Of a stretch of DNA of 64,000 bases, positions 40,969 to 51,776 are shown in pieces. A program made the position numbers and the translations under genes. Numbering within the stretch: position 1 is the stretch's first letter; each line of letters starts with the position of its first letter. Location of the stretch: NCBI GenBank assembly GCA_040220235.1, contig JAVJTO010000102.1. One strand, 5' to 3'. Origin of the DNA: Coleofasciculus sp. B1-GNL1-01 (GTDB lineage Bacteria > Cyanobacteriota > Cyanobacteriia > Cyanobacteriales > Coleofasciculaceae). The notes beneath the pieces were generated by a model that saw nothing but the letters and a program-made list of their open reading frames with translations, was not told the DNA's origin and searched no databases.

Positions 40969-42984
40969 CTAGGTAGCCGCAGGTTCAACTGCTTGATCCA
41001 TCAGTTCTCGAAACTGAATCACATCTTGACGGGGATCAGCATGAGTGACTTGAACATCTAAGCGATCGCCTAGTCTAACGGATCGCTTAAATCGCATCAC
41101 CAACTCTAACCCTAAATCTTCTAACAGAATCAAGCCCAAGTTATCGTGTTCGCGTAACCAACGCAACATTAACGCCTGCCACACTTGATCCGGGTGACGC
41201 CGTAAATATTCCAATCCCCAATAGCGATTGGTTTGGCGTTCCACCATCGCGGCTTCTGATGCGGCTGTCGTCACGCCCTGCATGGTTTCTTGCAGGTATT
41301 CCGCCGAAAAGGGTAAGGGATCACCGCGCAGGTGGGCTTTTAGTTGGAAATGATTCAGCAAATCCGTATAACGGCGGATAGGAGAAGTGACTTGAGTATA
41401 AGTTTCCAAACCCAAACCCGCATGACGCAGGGGAGTAATACTCATTTCACTGCGAGGCATACAGCGCCGCATGGCGCAGAAGCGCACTGGACCAGGCGGT
41501 AATACCAGCAGTTCTTCATCAGAGGGCAACTCCGGCTGAGGTTGTCCGCGAAAGGGGAGAGGAATTTGATGGCTTTGACCGTAACGTCCAGCAACTTCCC
41601 CGGCTAAAATCATCATTTCTGCGACCATTAGCCGTGCTTGGGAATCCTCTAACACCTGAATAATGATCTCATCGTGATCACGGACTTTAATCACCGCCTC
41701 TGGCATGTGAATACTAATCGCACCCTGACTTGACCGCCATTCTTGACGACGCTTTGCCCATTTCGCGATCGCGGCTATTTCCGGTTCTGCCTTCACCCCC
41801 AGTTCCAACATTTCATCCACATCTTCGTAGGTGAGGCGATAGGTCGGTTTAATCAGACTAGGGTGAATCTTGTACTCTTGAACACTGCCATCTTCATCGA
41901 GGATTACCCCGAAACTTAGTGTTGGGCAAACTTGACCCTCCACCAAACTCATTGGACCGGTTGCCAGTTCAGCGGGAAACATGGAAATCATCCCCGTCGG
42001 CAAATAGAGTGTCGTACTGCGCCGTCGAGCTTCTCGATCCAGTTCGTCGTCGGGTCTGACTAAGCGGGTTGGATCAGCAATATGAATCCACAGACGCTCT
42101 TTTCCATCGTCAAGTTGTTCTAAACTCAACCCATCGTCGATTTCTGAGGTACTCTCGTCATCAACGGTGTATACCTTCAAATGAGTTAAGTCTAAGCGAT
42201 CTTGATCGGGGTCGGGAGGCGGAGAATCCAGGTATTGTTGCGCCAAGTCAAGCACCTCACGACGAAAGTGAACAGGGTAAGATGAACGCCGCAAAAACAG
42301 ATTCTCGTGAGGAGTCCATAAGCCTAAGTCTACCAACAGATCGAACGCTGCTTGGGGAGTTTGCGGGCGATCCAGGGTAGCTAGTATATCTTGGGCTGCA
42401 CGAGATGTATTTTCCGGATAAAGGACAAACCGTTCTAAGAGTTCAAAGCGAGTGCGATCGCTCTCTTGCCACTCTACCGCTTCACCGTTGAGTTTCTGCT
42501 GAGTGCGGGTTAAAAATTCTTCTTGCTCTCGCTGCTTCGATTCGGCGGCGAGTTGCTGATGTTTAATTTCAGCCACTTTCGTAGCTGGACGTGGTTCATA
42601 GCTATCGGCTTTTTGTTTAAAGTAGAGTTTGTCGTCCGATAGCAAGCAGTGAGCCGCATAACATAGGGATGGGTTTTGGTCAGAAAATAAAAGCTGTGCC
42701 ATTTCCGCACAGGTTACCGCTTTTCCCTCTTCCACCAGCAATTCCCATGCCACTTCCAGGCTGGATGGATCGAGATAGGGTTCGACTTGGCTGAGAAAGT
42801 CGGGAATTTCTGAGACGTCAAATTTACCATCCTGGACTTCGTAGGTAACTTGCCGGGGATGAAGCGTGTGAGATTGACCCTGCTCGTCGATAACCGTCCA
42901 GCGTGTTTTGCCATCTGGACGGTCTACAATCGCTAGATGACGATCGCCTTGCACACGAAATTCGATAAGTGTTCCTTTTTCCAC
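40969..42984 (-). CDS. rnb: Ribonuclease II/R family exoribonuclease
   Basis: TVDDESTSEIDDG, IHIADP and YTQVTSPIRRYTDL. Confidence 0.92.
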   Translation of the reverse strand: MEKGTLIEFRVQGDRHLAIVDRPDGKTRWTVIDEQGQSHTLHPRQVTYEVQDGKFDVSEIPDFLSQVEPYLDPSSLEVAWELLVEEGKAVTCAEMAQLLFSDQNPSLCYAAHCLLSDDKLYFKQKADSYEPRPATKVAEIKHQQLAAESKQREQEEFLTRTQQKLNGEAVEWQESDRTRFELLERFVLYPENTSRAAQDILATLDRPQTPQAAFDLLVDLGLWTPHENLFLRRSSYPVHFRREVLDLAQQYLDSPPPDPDQDRLDLTHLKVYTVDDESTSEIDDGLSLEQLDDGKERLWIHIADPTRLVRPDDELDREARRRSTTLYLPTGMISMFPAELATGPMSLVEGQVCPTLSFGVILDEDGSVQEYKIHPSLIKPTYRLTYEDVDEMLELGVKAEPEIAAIAKWAKRRQEWRSSQGAISIHMPEAVIKVRDHDEIIIQVLEDSQARLMVAEMMILAGEVAGRYGQSHQIPLPFRGQPQPELPSDEELLVLPPGPVRFCAMRRCMPRSEMSITPLRHAGLGLETYTQVTSPIRRYTDLLNHFQLKAHLRGDPLPFSAEYLQETMQGVTTAASEAAMVERQTNRYWGLEYLRRHPDQVWQALMLRWLREHDNLGLILLEDLGLELVMRFKRSVRLGDRLDVQVTHADPRQDVIQFRELMDQAVEPAAT

Positions 42985-43290
42985 CAGCTTTGCTAATCCC
43001 GGTCGTTTATCTTTAGTTTTTAACTAATCCGGCGATAGGTTCCCCAGGCTGCAACTTTTTATTCAGCGTGGGATAAATCGCCAGTAATGCCCATATAAAG
43101 TGGCATTGCATCCAAATTGGATGTGGTGTTCCTCGCCAGAGTTATCACACTCTAAATCTAGTCTAACGGGTGATGGGATGATACCGAAATCATTAGACGG
43201 GGTATCAAAGGATTTAATCATTTGACACCACCGCTTAGTCAGAGATCGATTATCTCACCACTCCTCACCCTGAGCTTCTGTTGAGCCGCA

Positions 43291-43506
43291 TCATCCCTCT
43301 TTGTTGACGAAAGGCAATAATGCTAAAAGGCGAGCGCGTTTAATAGATCGGGTCAATGCCCGTTGCTGTTGAGACGTTAGACCTGTAATCCGACGTGGCA
43401 GAATTTTACCGCGTTCGGTAATGAATTTGCGGAGTAATTCCACATCCTTGTAGTCAATGGGTTCTCCCGGCTTGATTGGAGAAAGACGTTTGCGAAAGTA
43501 GGTCAT
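43291..43506 (-). CDS. rpsR: 30S ribosomal protein S18
   Basis: [26 protein letters not shown]. Confidence 0.98.
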   Translation of the reverse strand: MTYFRKRLSPIKPGEPIDYKDVELLRKFITERGKILPRRITGLTSQQQRALTRSIKRARLLALLPFVNKEG

Positions 43507-43570
43507 GGGCAGTTCTTAGGGGTTTGTGGTCATCAATTTCAGTTTAGGATGCATTGCCATTGTGACATGG

Positions 43571-43765
43571 CTATTTAATTTCTTTATGCACCGTATGCTT
43601 ATTGCAATGAGTGCAGAACTTTTTCAGTTCTAGCCGCCCTGTGGTATTGCGGCGGTTTTTCATAGTGGTGTAGCGAGAGACACCATTTGTGCGCTTGTCT
43701 GGGTTCGTGCGACACTCTGTACATTCTAAGGTTATAACCAGTCGAACACCTTTCTTACTTGCCAT
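43571..43765 (-). CDS. rpmG: 50S ribosomal protein L33
   Basis: ITLECTEC...RLELKKFC...HKEIK. Confidence 0.98.
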   Translation of the reverse strand: MASKKGVRLVITLECTECRTNPDKRTNGVSRYTTMKNRRNTTGRLELKKFCTHCNKHTVHKEIK

Positions 43766-43819
43766 AGTCTTACGTCTAGTAAATTAAATGAGGGCGTGAG
43801 TAAATTTAAACACAATCTC

Positions 43820-44365
43820 TTATTTTTGCATACGACGCCGGATTTGGGCAACCCATCGCTTTAGACGCAGATCCAGAGAAAACCCACGACGGGTTTGAAT
43901 CACCAGGGTTTGGGCAATGCGATCGTGAAACGCTTGCTGTTTTTCCGGTTCCGATAAAGCGATGCCACAATCTACCCCTAATGGTGCAATTAACAGCAGC
44001 ATGGAGAGTAGCATGGAGATGCCATTAGCCAAAGCGTTGAAGCCAAACATGGCTAAGAGCGCACAGACACCCAGAATGCCTTCTCGTTTGGTTAGTGTCA
44101 ATAGCCCTGGAAGTTTACCGTATTTGGCATCCAGCACTTTCATATCCAATGCCCAGCGTCCTAAACTCTGACCCTGATTGCTCGATACCAATACGACCCG
44201 CATCCCTAACCACAGTGCCATAAACACTAACACTTGCAAAAAAGGATTTCCACCCGCCATCGAACTAACCAGCCAAACGGCGACAAAATCAATCAGGAAG
44301 GCATAGAACCGTCGCTCTATTGGCACTTGAGGAAAGCGCTTGTATATGGGTTCAAGTTCATACAT
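43820..44365 (-). CDS. RDD family membrane protein
   Basis: RRFYAFLID, GQSLGRW and HDRIAQT. Confidence 0.88.
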   Translation of the reverse strand: MYELEPIYKRFPQVPIERRFYAFLIDFVAVWLVSSMAGGNPFLQVLVFMALWLGMRVVLVSSNQGQSLGRWALDMKVLDAKYGKLPGLLTLTKREGILGVCALLAMFGFNALANGISMLLSMLLLIAPLGVDCGIALSEPEKQQAFHDRIAQTLVIQTRRGFSLDLRLKRWVAQIRRRMQK

Positions 44366-44700
44366 GGTTAGGGTTAAGTTTAGGGCTTATGCAATCTTTA
44401 TTGATTTTAGCGGACGTTTAAGTGCAATCGTTAGGTCAAAAGCAAGCTGAGTAAGACTTTGAATCTTGTCCCCTTAACCTTAGCCCCCTACCCCAAAGCA
44501 ATTAGAGTCCCCTCCCTTTGTCTCGGATTGAGATTGTCAACAGGAGTGAATTTCCCCACACCCCATACCCCAAAAAATAACTGAACAGCTAACATCTCCC
44601 CCAGCTCCCAGACGTGCCATGGCACGTCTGGAACATTTCTCCCTCTGCTTCATCGTATCTACGAAGCTGCTCAAGTATTTTTATGCCCGCTGCACTAGGG

Positions 44701-45111
44701 TTAAATTTTCTGACGCAATCGTCTAATTATACTGGCGCGACTAATGATTGTCGCCATCCCGTTCTCAATTTTCACAAACACTTTACCCGAAAAGAGGTTA
44801 CGCAACGCCGGACGTTGATACACCACAAAATCATCGAGTTCTGATTTGGGTTCAAAGCCCATCTCGGATAAGCTTGTATTTAGGGTGTTAGTAAAAGCTT
44901 TTTTGTTCTTGAACTCTAGAGAAAAAGTCATGGTGCGATTAAAGTAAGCACCCACTAATCCGGCGATCAAACCGATAGTAATACCATAACGATAAGGAAA
45001 GGGTTGGGTTAAACTTAGCCCGAGAACTTGCGAGGCTAAGAAAGCAACAATCAGAGTCATGCCTGTGAAGTAATAATAGAACGTTGCCCAAAAACCAAGA
45101 CCAAGCTGCAT
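44701..45111 (-). CDS. Hypothetical membrane protein
   Basis: 136-aa ORF with two TM segments and RBS gagg. Confidence 0.7.
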   Translation of the reverse strand: MQLGLGFWATFYYYFTGMTLIVAFLASQVLGLSLTQPFPYRYGITIGLIAGLVGAYFNRTMTFSLEFKNKKAFTNTLNTSLSEMGFEPKSELDDFVVYQRPALRNLFSGKVFVKIENGMATIISRASIIRRLRQKI

Positions 45112-45262
45112 ACAATAACCTCTATAAATTTAAATCAGTACACAATTATTTACCACAAGTTCAGGATTTTCAAGATTTAGAACTTGCTGCAAAGCCATAG
45201 TCAATCACAAAGGGAAAATCAGCGCGATCGCAGTATCAGTCTTGAAATCTAGTATATTCTTG

Positions 45263-45874
45263 TCAGTTATCCATAAATGCTCGGTAGCGGCTCCAGTACC
45301 GATCGACCGCTATCTCCAGCTCTCCGAACGGAAAATCCGCGCCGTGGGCTTCTTGGAGGGCGACAAAGAAATCGAGAATCGCTGCACCTTCGGCGGGAGC
45401 CAGGCTGTCAAAGCGCTCGTGGAAAATGGCTAGTGGAGTACCGGAATCGAACCATTCGAGCTGCTGCTTACGGAGTAGCTCGGTCATGTCGTCCGGCAAA
45501 CCGAGACCAGACGGGAGCCTAGTAGCTCGATCAAGCGCTTCTACGACGGCTGTACGAGAGGGTTCGGTAAGTGCGCCTACGAGTTCGGAGACGAAGATAC
45601 TCACAGATGGATATGACTCCAGGGAAGCGTACAGGAAGGCTGGTAGGAAGTACCGGAATGCCTCCGGAGCAAGCATCCAGAGATTGCCTTCGACCTCGGT
45701 TCGGAGATCGTACACCGAGAGTTCTGTTGACGTATTCGTAGCTAGGAGTTGGCGCAGGCGATCGCCGTTGTAGTTTACCGCCGATCGCAAGATCTGACTA
45801 GCCACGGGTCGGGGGCGCGAGGCGAACGCATTGAAAAAGCGAGCTTTGAGGTTCTTGTCAGGAAGGATTTGCAT
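45263..45874 (-). CDS. Hypothetical protein (DUF6714-like), atypical composition
   Basis: L.PEAFRYFLPAFL motif; GC-richer codon usage than neighbouring genes. Confidence 0.65.
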   Translation of the reverse strand: MQILPDKNLKARFFNAFASRPRPVASQILRSAVNYNGDRLRQLLATNTSTELSVYDLRTEVEGNLWMLAPEAFRYFLPAFLYASLESYPSVSIFVSELVGALTEPSRTAVVEALDRATRLPSGLGLPDDMTELLRKQQLEWFDSGTPLAIFHERFDSLAPAEGAAILDFFVALQEAHGADFPFGELEIAVDRYWSRYRAFMDN

Positions 45875-45972
45875 GTCAAACTTTACACAATTAGACGGCT
45901 CACAACTGTTGTGTTAACCTATGTTCTTATGCTTTACCCCCATCATGATTACGCTTACCGGCGCTCTAGGAA

Positions 45973-46038
45973 AGGGCGGGTTTTGAACAACTGTTATCGG
46001 TTATGTGCCGATAGGTTAGTTCCTAAACCCGCCCCTAC
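45973..46038 (-). repeat. Long-loop REP
   Basis: agggcgggtttt...cctaaacccgcccctac. Confidence 0.7.
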
Positions 46039-46088
46039 AGATTATATTGACCTATTATCTTGACCTGGAGGCGATCGCATCGCAGCCC

Positions 46089-47441
46089 CTACTGATTTTT
46101 CGCCAACGCCTTGGTACGAGCTTGAAATCCTGCCGACTTCAGCCTGTCAACCATACCTTGATAATCTTGTACCCAGTATTTAGGATCAAAGCGCACAAAT
46201 TGGCTCTGATTTAACGCCCCAACCCTAGCGATAACTGGCACTTTTTGCGGTTTCCTCTCCCCAGATTGTTCTTGCAAAATCGACTGGAGACGTTTCAGGG
46301 TAGCTGTGTCCACGCGCTGGGGGGTCAGTTCCACAATAATCATTTGTGCCGTTTCAATCGGTTCGACATCTTCGATAATCATCTGGATTTTCTCATCTCG
46401 TTCATCCGCCTTCCCCCACACAATTAAACGGGCATCCTTTTCAATGAAGGAACTAATTCGCTCAAAGGTTCTCGGAAAAATAACGCCATCGGCTTGACCC
46501 GTGAGATCTTCCATTTGCACAAATGCCATGCGTTCGCCACTGGTTTTGGTGGTGTGAAATTTGACCTCCGTCAGCATGACAATGGCACTTAGGATGGTGC
46601 GTTTATTTTGATCGGCTAACTCATTTAGGTTAATCGGAGTCAGCACCTGATTGGCGACGGGGCGCACGGATTTGAGGGGGTGATCGGAGACATAGAAGCC
46701 AAGCAATTCTTTTTCTTGCTGTAGTTTTTCTTGCGCCGAGAAATCCTCAACCTGCGGGGTTTTCGGAGCAGCTTTCCAGGCATCATTCGCCTCACTGTTG
46801 TTATTGTCCGTGTTTCCTAAGACATCAAAAATATTGATTTGACCACTCTCTCGATCCTTCGCCCGATCTTGCGCCCAACTAATCAGCACATCTAAATCGT
46901 GAATCAGTTGCTTGCGATTCTTCTCTAGGCGATCAAACGCCCCAGAGTAAATTAGGGATTCCAAGGCGCGACGATTCACCACCCGCAACTCCACGCGATC
47001 GCAAAAATCGGCTAATGACTGAAAATCCCCGTCCTTTTCCCGTTGCTGGAGAATAGTCTCAATCGCCCCCTCGCCCAAATTCCGGATTGCCGAGAATCCG
47101 AATAAGATTTTGCCAGAGACTGGGGTAAAATCAACCTGCGATCGGTTAATATCCGGCTGCAAGACATCGATACCCATGGTGGTACAGGTGGCGATGTACT
47201 TCTGCACCTTGTCCTGATTCCCACTACTGGCGGTTAGCAGCGCTGTCATGTACTCCACCGGATAATTGGCTTTCAGAAAAGCCGTCTGATAGGTAACATA
47301 GGCATACGCCGTGGAGTGGGACTTGTTAAAGCAATTGGACGCCACCGAGCCATTTGCCAGCAGAAAATTATGGTCGCGCTCGACGCCAATGTCATAGACT
47401 GGTTGAGTACCCAAGGGTTTACGACCGATAATTTTAACCAC
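46089..47441 (-). CDS. dnaE-c: DNA polymerase III alpha C-terminal half with N-terminal split C-intein
   Basis: [48 protein letters not shown] fold. Confidence 0.95.
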   Translation of the reverse strand: MVKIIGRKPLGTQPVYDIGVERDHNFLLANGSVASNCFNKSHSTAYAYVTYQTAFLKANYPVEYMTALLTASSGNQDKVQKYIATCTTMGIDVLQPDINRSQVDFTPVSGKILFGFSAIRNLGEGAIETILQQREKDGDFQSLADFCDRVELRVVNRRALESLIYSGAFDRLEKNRKQLIHDLDVLISWAQDRAKDRESGQINIFDVLGNTDNNNSEANDAWKAAPKTPQVEDFSAQEKLQQEKELLGFYVSDHPLKSVRPVANQVLTPINLNELADQNKRTILSAIVMLTEVKFHTTKTSGERMAFVQMEDLTGQADGVIFPRTFERISSFIEKDARLIVWGKADERDEKIQMIIEDVEPIETAQMIIVELTPQRVDTATLKRLQSILQEQSGERKPQKVPVIARVGALNQSQFVRFDPKYWVQDYQGMVDRLKSAGFQARTKALAKNQ

Positions 47442-47479
47442 GTTTAGAACTCCTTAAATCGTTTCCAAATTGCGCTGAC

Positions 47480-48571
47480 ATGCTAAGAGCCGGAATTGTG
47501 GGATTGCCCAACGTAGGCAAATCAACCTTATTTAACGCCCTCGTCGCCAATGCTAAAGCAGATGCGGCGAATTTTCCCTTCTGCACGATTGAGCCGAATG
47601 TTGGGGTTGTCGCTGTACCCGATGAACGGTTGTCTGTGCTGGCGAAAATTTCCACCTCTGAGCAAATTGTGCCAACTCGGATTGAATTTGTCGATATTGC
47701 CGGATTGGTGAAGGGGGCGAGTAAAGGCGAGGGACTCGGGAACCAATTTTTAGCCAATATCCGAGAAGTGGATGCCATTGTCCATGTGGTGCGCTGTTTT
47801 GATGATGAGAATATTATCCATGTTTCCGGTTCCGTTGATCCAGTACGTGACATTGACGTGATTAATCTGGAATTGGCGTTAGCGGATTTAGCCCAAGTGG
47901 AACGCCGCATGGAACGCACCCGCAAGCAGGCGAAAACCTCTAAAGAGGCGCAGTTGGAACTGGAAGCGTTGGAAAAGTTGAGTGCGGGATTGAATGAAGG
48001 TAAATCGGCGCGGAATATTAGTTTAACCGAAGACGAAGCCGAGGCGGTGAAGCCGTTAGGATTATTGAGTGCAAAACCGATTATTTATGCGGCGAATGTG
48101 TCAGAGGATGATTTAGCCGCTGGGAATGAATGGGTGGAACAAGTGCGCCAAGTGGCAACCTCTGAAGCGGCAGAAGTTGTGGTGGTTTCAGCCCAAGTGG
48201 AGTCAGAATTAATTGAGTTACCCGAAGAGGAACGGGGAGATTTTTTGGAGTCGTTAGGCGTGGAAGAAGGGGGATTAAAATCCTTAATTCGGGCTACTTA
48301 TGAGTTATTAGGATTACGCACCTTTTTAACCACGGGACCCAAAGAAACCCGGGCTTGGACGATTACAGCCGGAATGAAAGCCCCCCAAGCGGCTGGTACG
48401 ATTCACACGGATTTTGAGCGGGGATTTATTCGGGCGGAAACGGTTGGTTATGATGATTTAGTAACGTCTGGATCAATGAATGCGGCGAAGGATAAAGGAT
48501 TAGTGCGGGCGGAAGGGAAAGAGTATGTGGTGCAAGAAGGCGATGTAATGCTATTTCGGTTTAATGTGTAA
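47480..48571 (+). CDS. ychF: Redox-regulated ATPase YchF
   Basis: [36 protein letters not shown] and TGS domain. Confidence 0.97.
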   Translation: MLRAGIVGLPNVGKSTLFNALVANAKADAANFPFCTIEPNVGVVAVPDERLSVLAKISTSEQIVPTRIEFVDIAGLVKGASKGEGLGNQFLANIREVDAIVHVVRCFDDENIIHVSGSVDPVRDIDVINLELALADLAQVERRMERTRKQAKTSKEAQLELEALEKLSAGLNEGKSARNISLTEDEAEAVKPLGLLSAKPIIYAANVSEDDLAAGNEWVEQVRQVATSEAAEVVVVSAQVESELIELPEEERGDFLESLGVEEGGLKSLIRATYELLGLRTFLTTGPKETRAWTITAGMKAPQAAGTIHTDFERGFIRAETVGYDDLVTSGSMNAAKDKGLVRAEGKEYVVQEGDVMLFRFNV

Positions 48572-48730
48572 GTCCAATTCTCAACTACACACACAAAACC
48601 TGCCTACGCAGGTTTCAACAGATTTTAGGTAGGGTGGGCAAGAGTTATAAACTAACTCACCCTTATATTATTGTTCGTTGCTCTTACCCACTACAACGGT
48701 AACTGAATTCCTGTGAATTTAAAGTTTTGA

Positions 48731-49339
48731 TCAGCTAATCTCTAGCCTTTTAAAGTCAGCTAGCAAAAACGCGATCGCGCCAAATAATTTATCTAAATCT
48801 GTAATCGCTATTCGGGTTTTCTCTTTCGTAAAAACATCCCCCACAAGCCGCCCCAGTTGCCATAATTCTCCATCGGTAACAATGCCATAGATAGGTTTTG
48901 TTTCATTCTGGTTCATCTTCTGTGCGGCAATTAACTCCGCAAGGCATTGTCCCCACCCTTCAATAAAGTTATTCTGCTTGGCTTCAACAACGACGACAAG
49001 CGGTAAACCCAGTATGGTTTTTCCGAGTTCTGATTTTGTTGATATTAAATAATCAGGTGTACCTGTGAGTTTATGGTCATAAGTAATGGACTTATGGCTC
49101 CAGAGGGTGTATTTATCAACAAAGCTTTTATAGACTTCTCTTAAGATTGGATAAATAACATTTTCACAGCGAGAGGCTTCAGATGTAAAAACATCTATAT
49201 TTTCTAGGTTAAAGTCAAATTCGTTACGGAAATCATCTGAATGCTTCAAGTCAATATATGAAATAAAGTTGTCCTCTGAATACTTAATATTGTATTCTTG
49301 TTGAACTTGAGCCAGGGATTTGAAGTCGGTAAATACCAT
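48731..49339 (-). CDS. PD-(D/E)XK-fold protein (type I restriction R N-terminal-like)
   Basis: GTPDYLI...VVEAK...GWGQCLAELIAAQ...YGIVTDGELW. Confidence 0.75.
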   Translation of the reverse strand: MVFTDFKSLAQVQQEYNIKYSEDNFISYIDLKHSDDFRNEFDFNLENIDVFTSEASRCENVIYPILREVYKSFVDKYTLWSHKSITYDHKLTGTPDYLISTKSELGKTILGLPLVVVVEAKQNNFIEGWGQCLAELIAAQKMNQNETKPIYGIVTDGELWQLGRLVGDVFTKEKTRIAITDLDKLFGAIAFLLADFKRLEIS

Positions 49340-49445
49340 AGGTGGTCTACCGCCTCTCAACTAATTTTATGTGCCACATCCTTTTTTCCCTCAAACAGGA
49401 CAACTCAGACTATTTTACTCGATTTAGATAGGCTCTATTTCACTA

Positions 49446-49567
49446 ATATCATGTCCGCCAAAAGAACCGTAATATCCTTCTTCCTTGCAACCTTGCTCCT
49501 TCCCTTGAAGCCTTCTTCCCTCTGCCTTGTCTCCACCTAAATGTCAGTATTCAACCGGACATAATAT
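49446..49567. mobile_element. MITE-like element with 12-bp terminal inverted repeats
   Basis: atatcatgtccg ... cggacataatat (11/12 complementary). Confidence 0.55.
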
Positions 49568-49634
49568 AACCGCATTAAAGAAGTGTCAAGACCAAACAAA
49601 CCCAACCTGACTTTATGAGTAGTCAACACGTTCT

Positions 49635-51461
49635 TTAGGGATATTTTAACGATAATGATGGGATTATTGACTTGGTTAGGCTAAAGCCCTGACTACGAAC
49701 CGGGGCGATTTGAAATTCATCAAACTTGATTATGTCTGAGTCGGGTTTCCTGGTATCAAAGCGATAACTGCTGACGATTCCTGTGCTGGTGTCTAAGATG
49801 CTAAATACAGTGATATCGTTACTGGAAATATACGGTAAGGGTTGGTTATTCTCCCCCCGTAAGGGTGCAATGGTTGGCAGTATCGGTTCTAATCCATTGG
49901 GATCTCCCGTCGCCGCGTAGTCTTTACCCTCTGGCACTTTACGCTGTTTTTCGCCCAGGTAAGCCCCGTAAGTATTCCCCACATTTGATGATTCCAGAAA
50001 ATGGATTCCCTGAGGATTCACGAAGCGATTCCAAAGATGGGAATGTCCATATAAAACCAGTTGTACGCCTGCGGTTTCGAGTAAGGGGATCACATCCCGC
50101 AGAATATAATCGGCTTGGGGAGGATAATCATAACGCACCCCCGTAATCGTTCCATTCCCATCCCGTTCTATAATTTGTACGGGGTCAGTATAAGGTGGGA
50201 CAATATTGTCGCCTAAGGAATGGGGGGGATGGTGAAACATGACGATTTTATAGTTGGCTTGTTGGAATTCTGGACTGTTGAGTTCTGCCTTGAGCCAGTT
50301 ATACTGAGGACTGCCCCGTTTAATCGGTTCAAAAATATGCTGTCCATATCCCCAAGCCGTGGGATTATTTAAATCGGCTTCTCGTTCCCGATACCGTCCT
50401 TTTGCATTGGGTTTGAGGCTGGGCGTTCTCCAGATGTTGGTAATGTACAGGGAAATTAGACGAATATCACCAAAGGTTATGGCGTAATAGTTCTCGTTTC
50501 CCGGTAGCGTAAAAATTTCGTTGTAGGTGTCGGTATTAAAGGAATGCTCTTTGAGCCAAATGAGAGGGTTATTCGAGTTCAAATGAGCGGACTTTTCTTG
50601 ATATAGTTCTGCTGCAACTTGGCGAGGAATGGGGTCATTGAATTGGTCATTTAATCCGCTATCTGTAGAAAATCGTCCCATAACCTCGTGATTTCCTGTG
50701 GCGGGAAATAAGGGCGCATGTTGAATTAACTCACCTCCGGTGTAGCGGGTAGTAATGTTATTCTTCTCTAGTTGATAATTCGCCTGACCTTGAAGTGCGG
50801 GAAAGAAAGCACCGCCGCGATTATCATCAAACCATTCGGAGGCGCGATCGGGAATATTTACTAAGTCTCCGGCGAGAAAAATGGCATCCACTTTACCCAC
50901 AGTTTCTGCTACCTTTTGTAAATTGGCGGCTGTCATGGGCATGAGTTGGTGATCCGAGGTGAGCAGAATTTTCAGGGGGGTATCAGGGGGAGGTGCAGCG
51001 GCTAAGGTAAATGGGTTACTCTTGATGATTTGTCCATCATTCCGCACACTGGTTACTTGATAGGGAACTCGTTCACCCGGAGTGAGTCCCGTTACCTCGG
51101 CTTCATGTCGCCAGATATCCCTTGGCGTCGGTTTCTGGTAAACTAGAGCATCTTCGGTTTGTTCTCCAACACGGGATTTTTGGTCTTCCCGGGTACGAGT
51201 GAGTTTGGTGGTATTCGCGATCGCAACCCGCCTCAGTCCTTGTCCATAAGCTACACTATGACGGGTTCCAGGAAATTCTGTAAACCAGACGACGCGCACC
51301 GAGGTGTCAGTGGGCAATTGTAGAAATGGATCAGTCAGCAGTTGCGGTGGGAAGCGGTAAGGGGGTTGTTGAGTAAATAGCACGACAATGGGCGCCAGCG
51401 CAATGAAGACGACAAGCAAACCGACAATAAGAAGTGGGCGACTGGTTAAACGATTGACCAT
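49635..51461 (-). CDS. Calcineurin-like metallophosphoesterase (purple acid phosphatase-like)
   Basis: SDHQ, AGDLV, GNHE, FHHP and GHSH motifs; N-terminal anchor. Confidence 0.9.
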   Translation of the reverse strand: MVNRLTSRPLLIVGLLVVFIALAPIVVLFTQQPPYRFPPQLLTDPFLQLPTDTSVRVVWFTEFPGTRHSVAYGQGLRRVAIANTTKLTRTREDQKSRVGEQTEDALVYQKPTPRDIWRHEAEVTGLTPGERVPYQVTSVRNDGQIIKSNPFTLAAAPPPDTPLKILLTSDHQLMPMTAANLQKVAETVGKVDAIFLAGDLVNIPDRASEWFDDNRGGAFFPALQGQANYQLEKNNITTRYTGGELIQHAPLFPATGNHEVMGRFSTDSGLNDQFNDPIPRQVAAELYQEKSAHLNSNNPLIWLKEHSFNTDTYNEIFTLPGNENYYAITFGDIRLISLYITNIWRTPSLKPNAKGRYREREADLNNPTAWGYGQHIFEPIKRGSPQYNWLKAELNSPEFQQANYKIVMFHHPPHSLGDNIVPPYTDPVQIIERDGNGTITGVRYDYPPQADYILRDVIPLLETAGVQLVLYGHSHLWNRFVNPQGIHFLESSNVGNTYGAYLGEKQRKVPEGKDYAATGDPNGLEPILPTIAPLRGENNQPLPYISSNDITVFSILDTSTGIVSSYRFDTRKPDSDIIKFDEFQIAPVRSQGFSLTKSIIPSLSLKYP

Positions 51462-51776
51462 GAATCGTCCTCGATACAAGATTAGATGCAATACTGCTCA
51501 GTTAAACAGGAAAGTAAGAGTCTGTTCGCGTCTTGTTTACGATAATATATTACCTCGACTTCTTCTTTGGCTTTGGTGGTTTAAAGGAAAGAACTGCTCG
51601 TATCCTGAGACAGGAATTTTTTCACCTGACAAAGATGTCAATGATAGAGGTGTTGAGTATCTAAATAAAACTTTACAATCAGCAACCTACTGTTTAAAAA
51701 AGAAATAGCTATCCTGGGCTTTCCTAGGGAGGTTGCTGAACGTTCAGGGATGTAATCTAAATCACTTTAACTGACT

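Noticed and set aside
43161..43200. attC-like gtctaac...attagac
   Set aside because: Too short, lacks the GTT core and L boxes, and no cassette gene is attached.
47434..47925. 163-aa minus-strand ORF
   Set aside because: Antisense shadow of ychF; the same applies to the shadow ORFs within carB, pnp, susA and ppk2.
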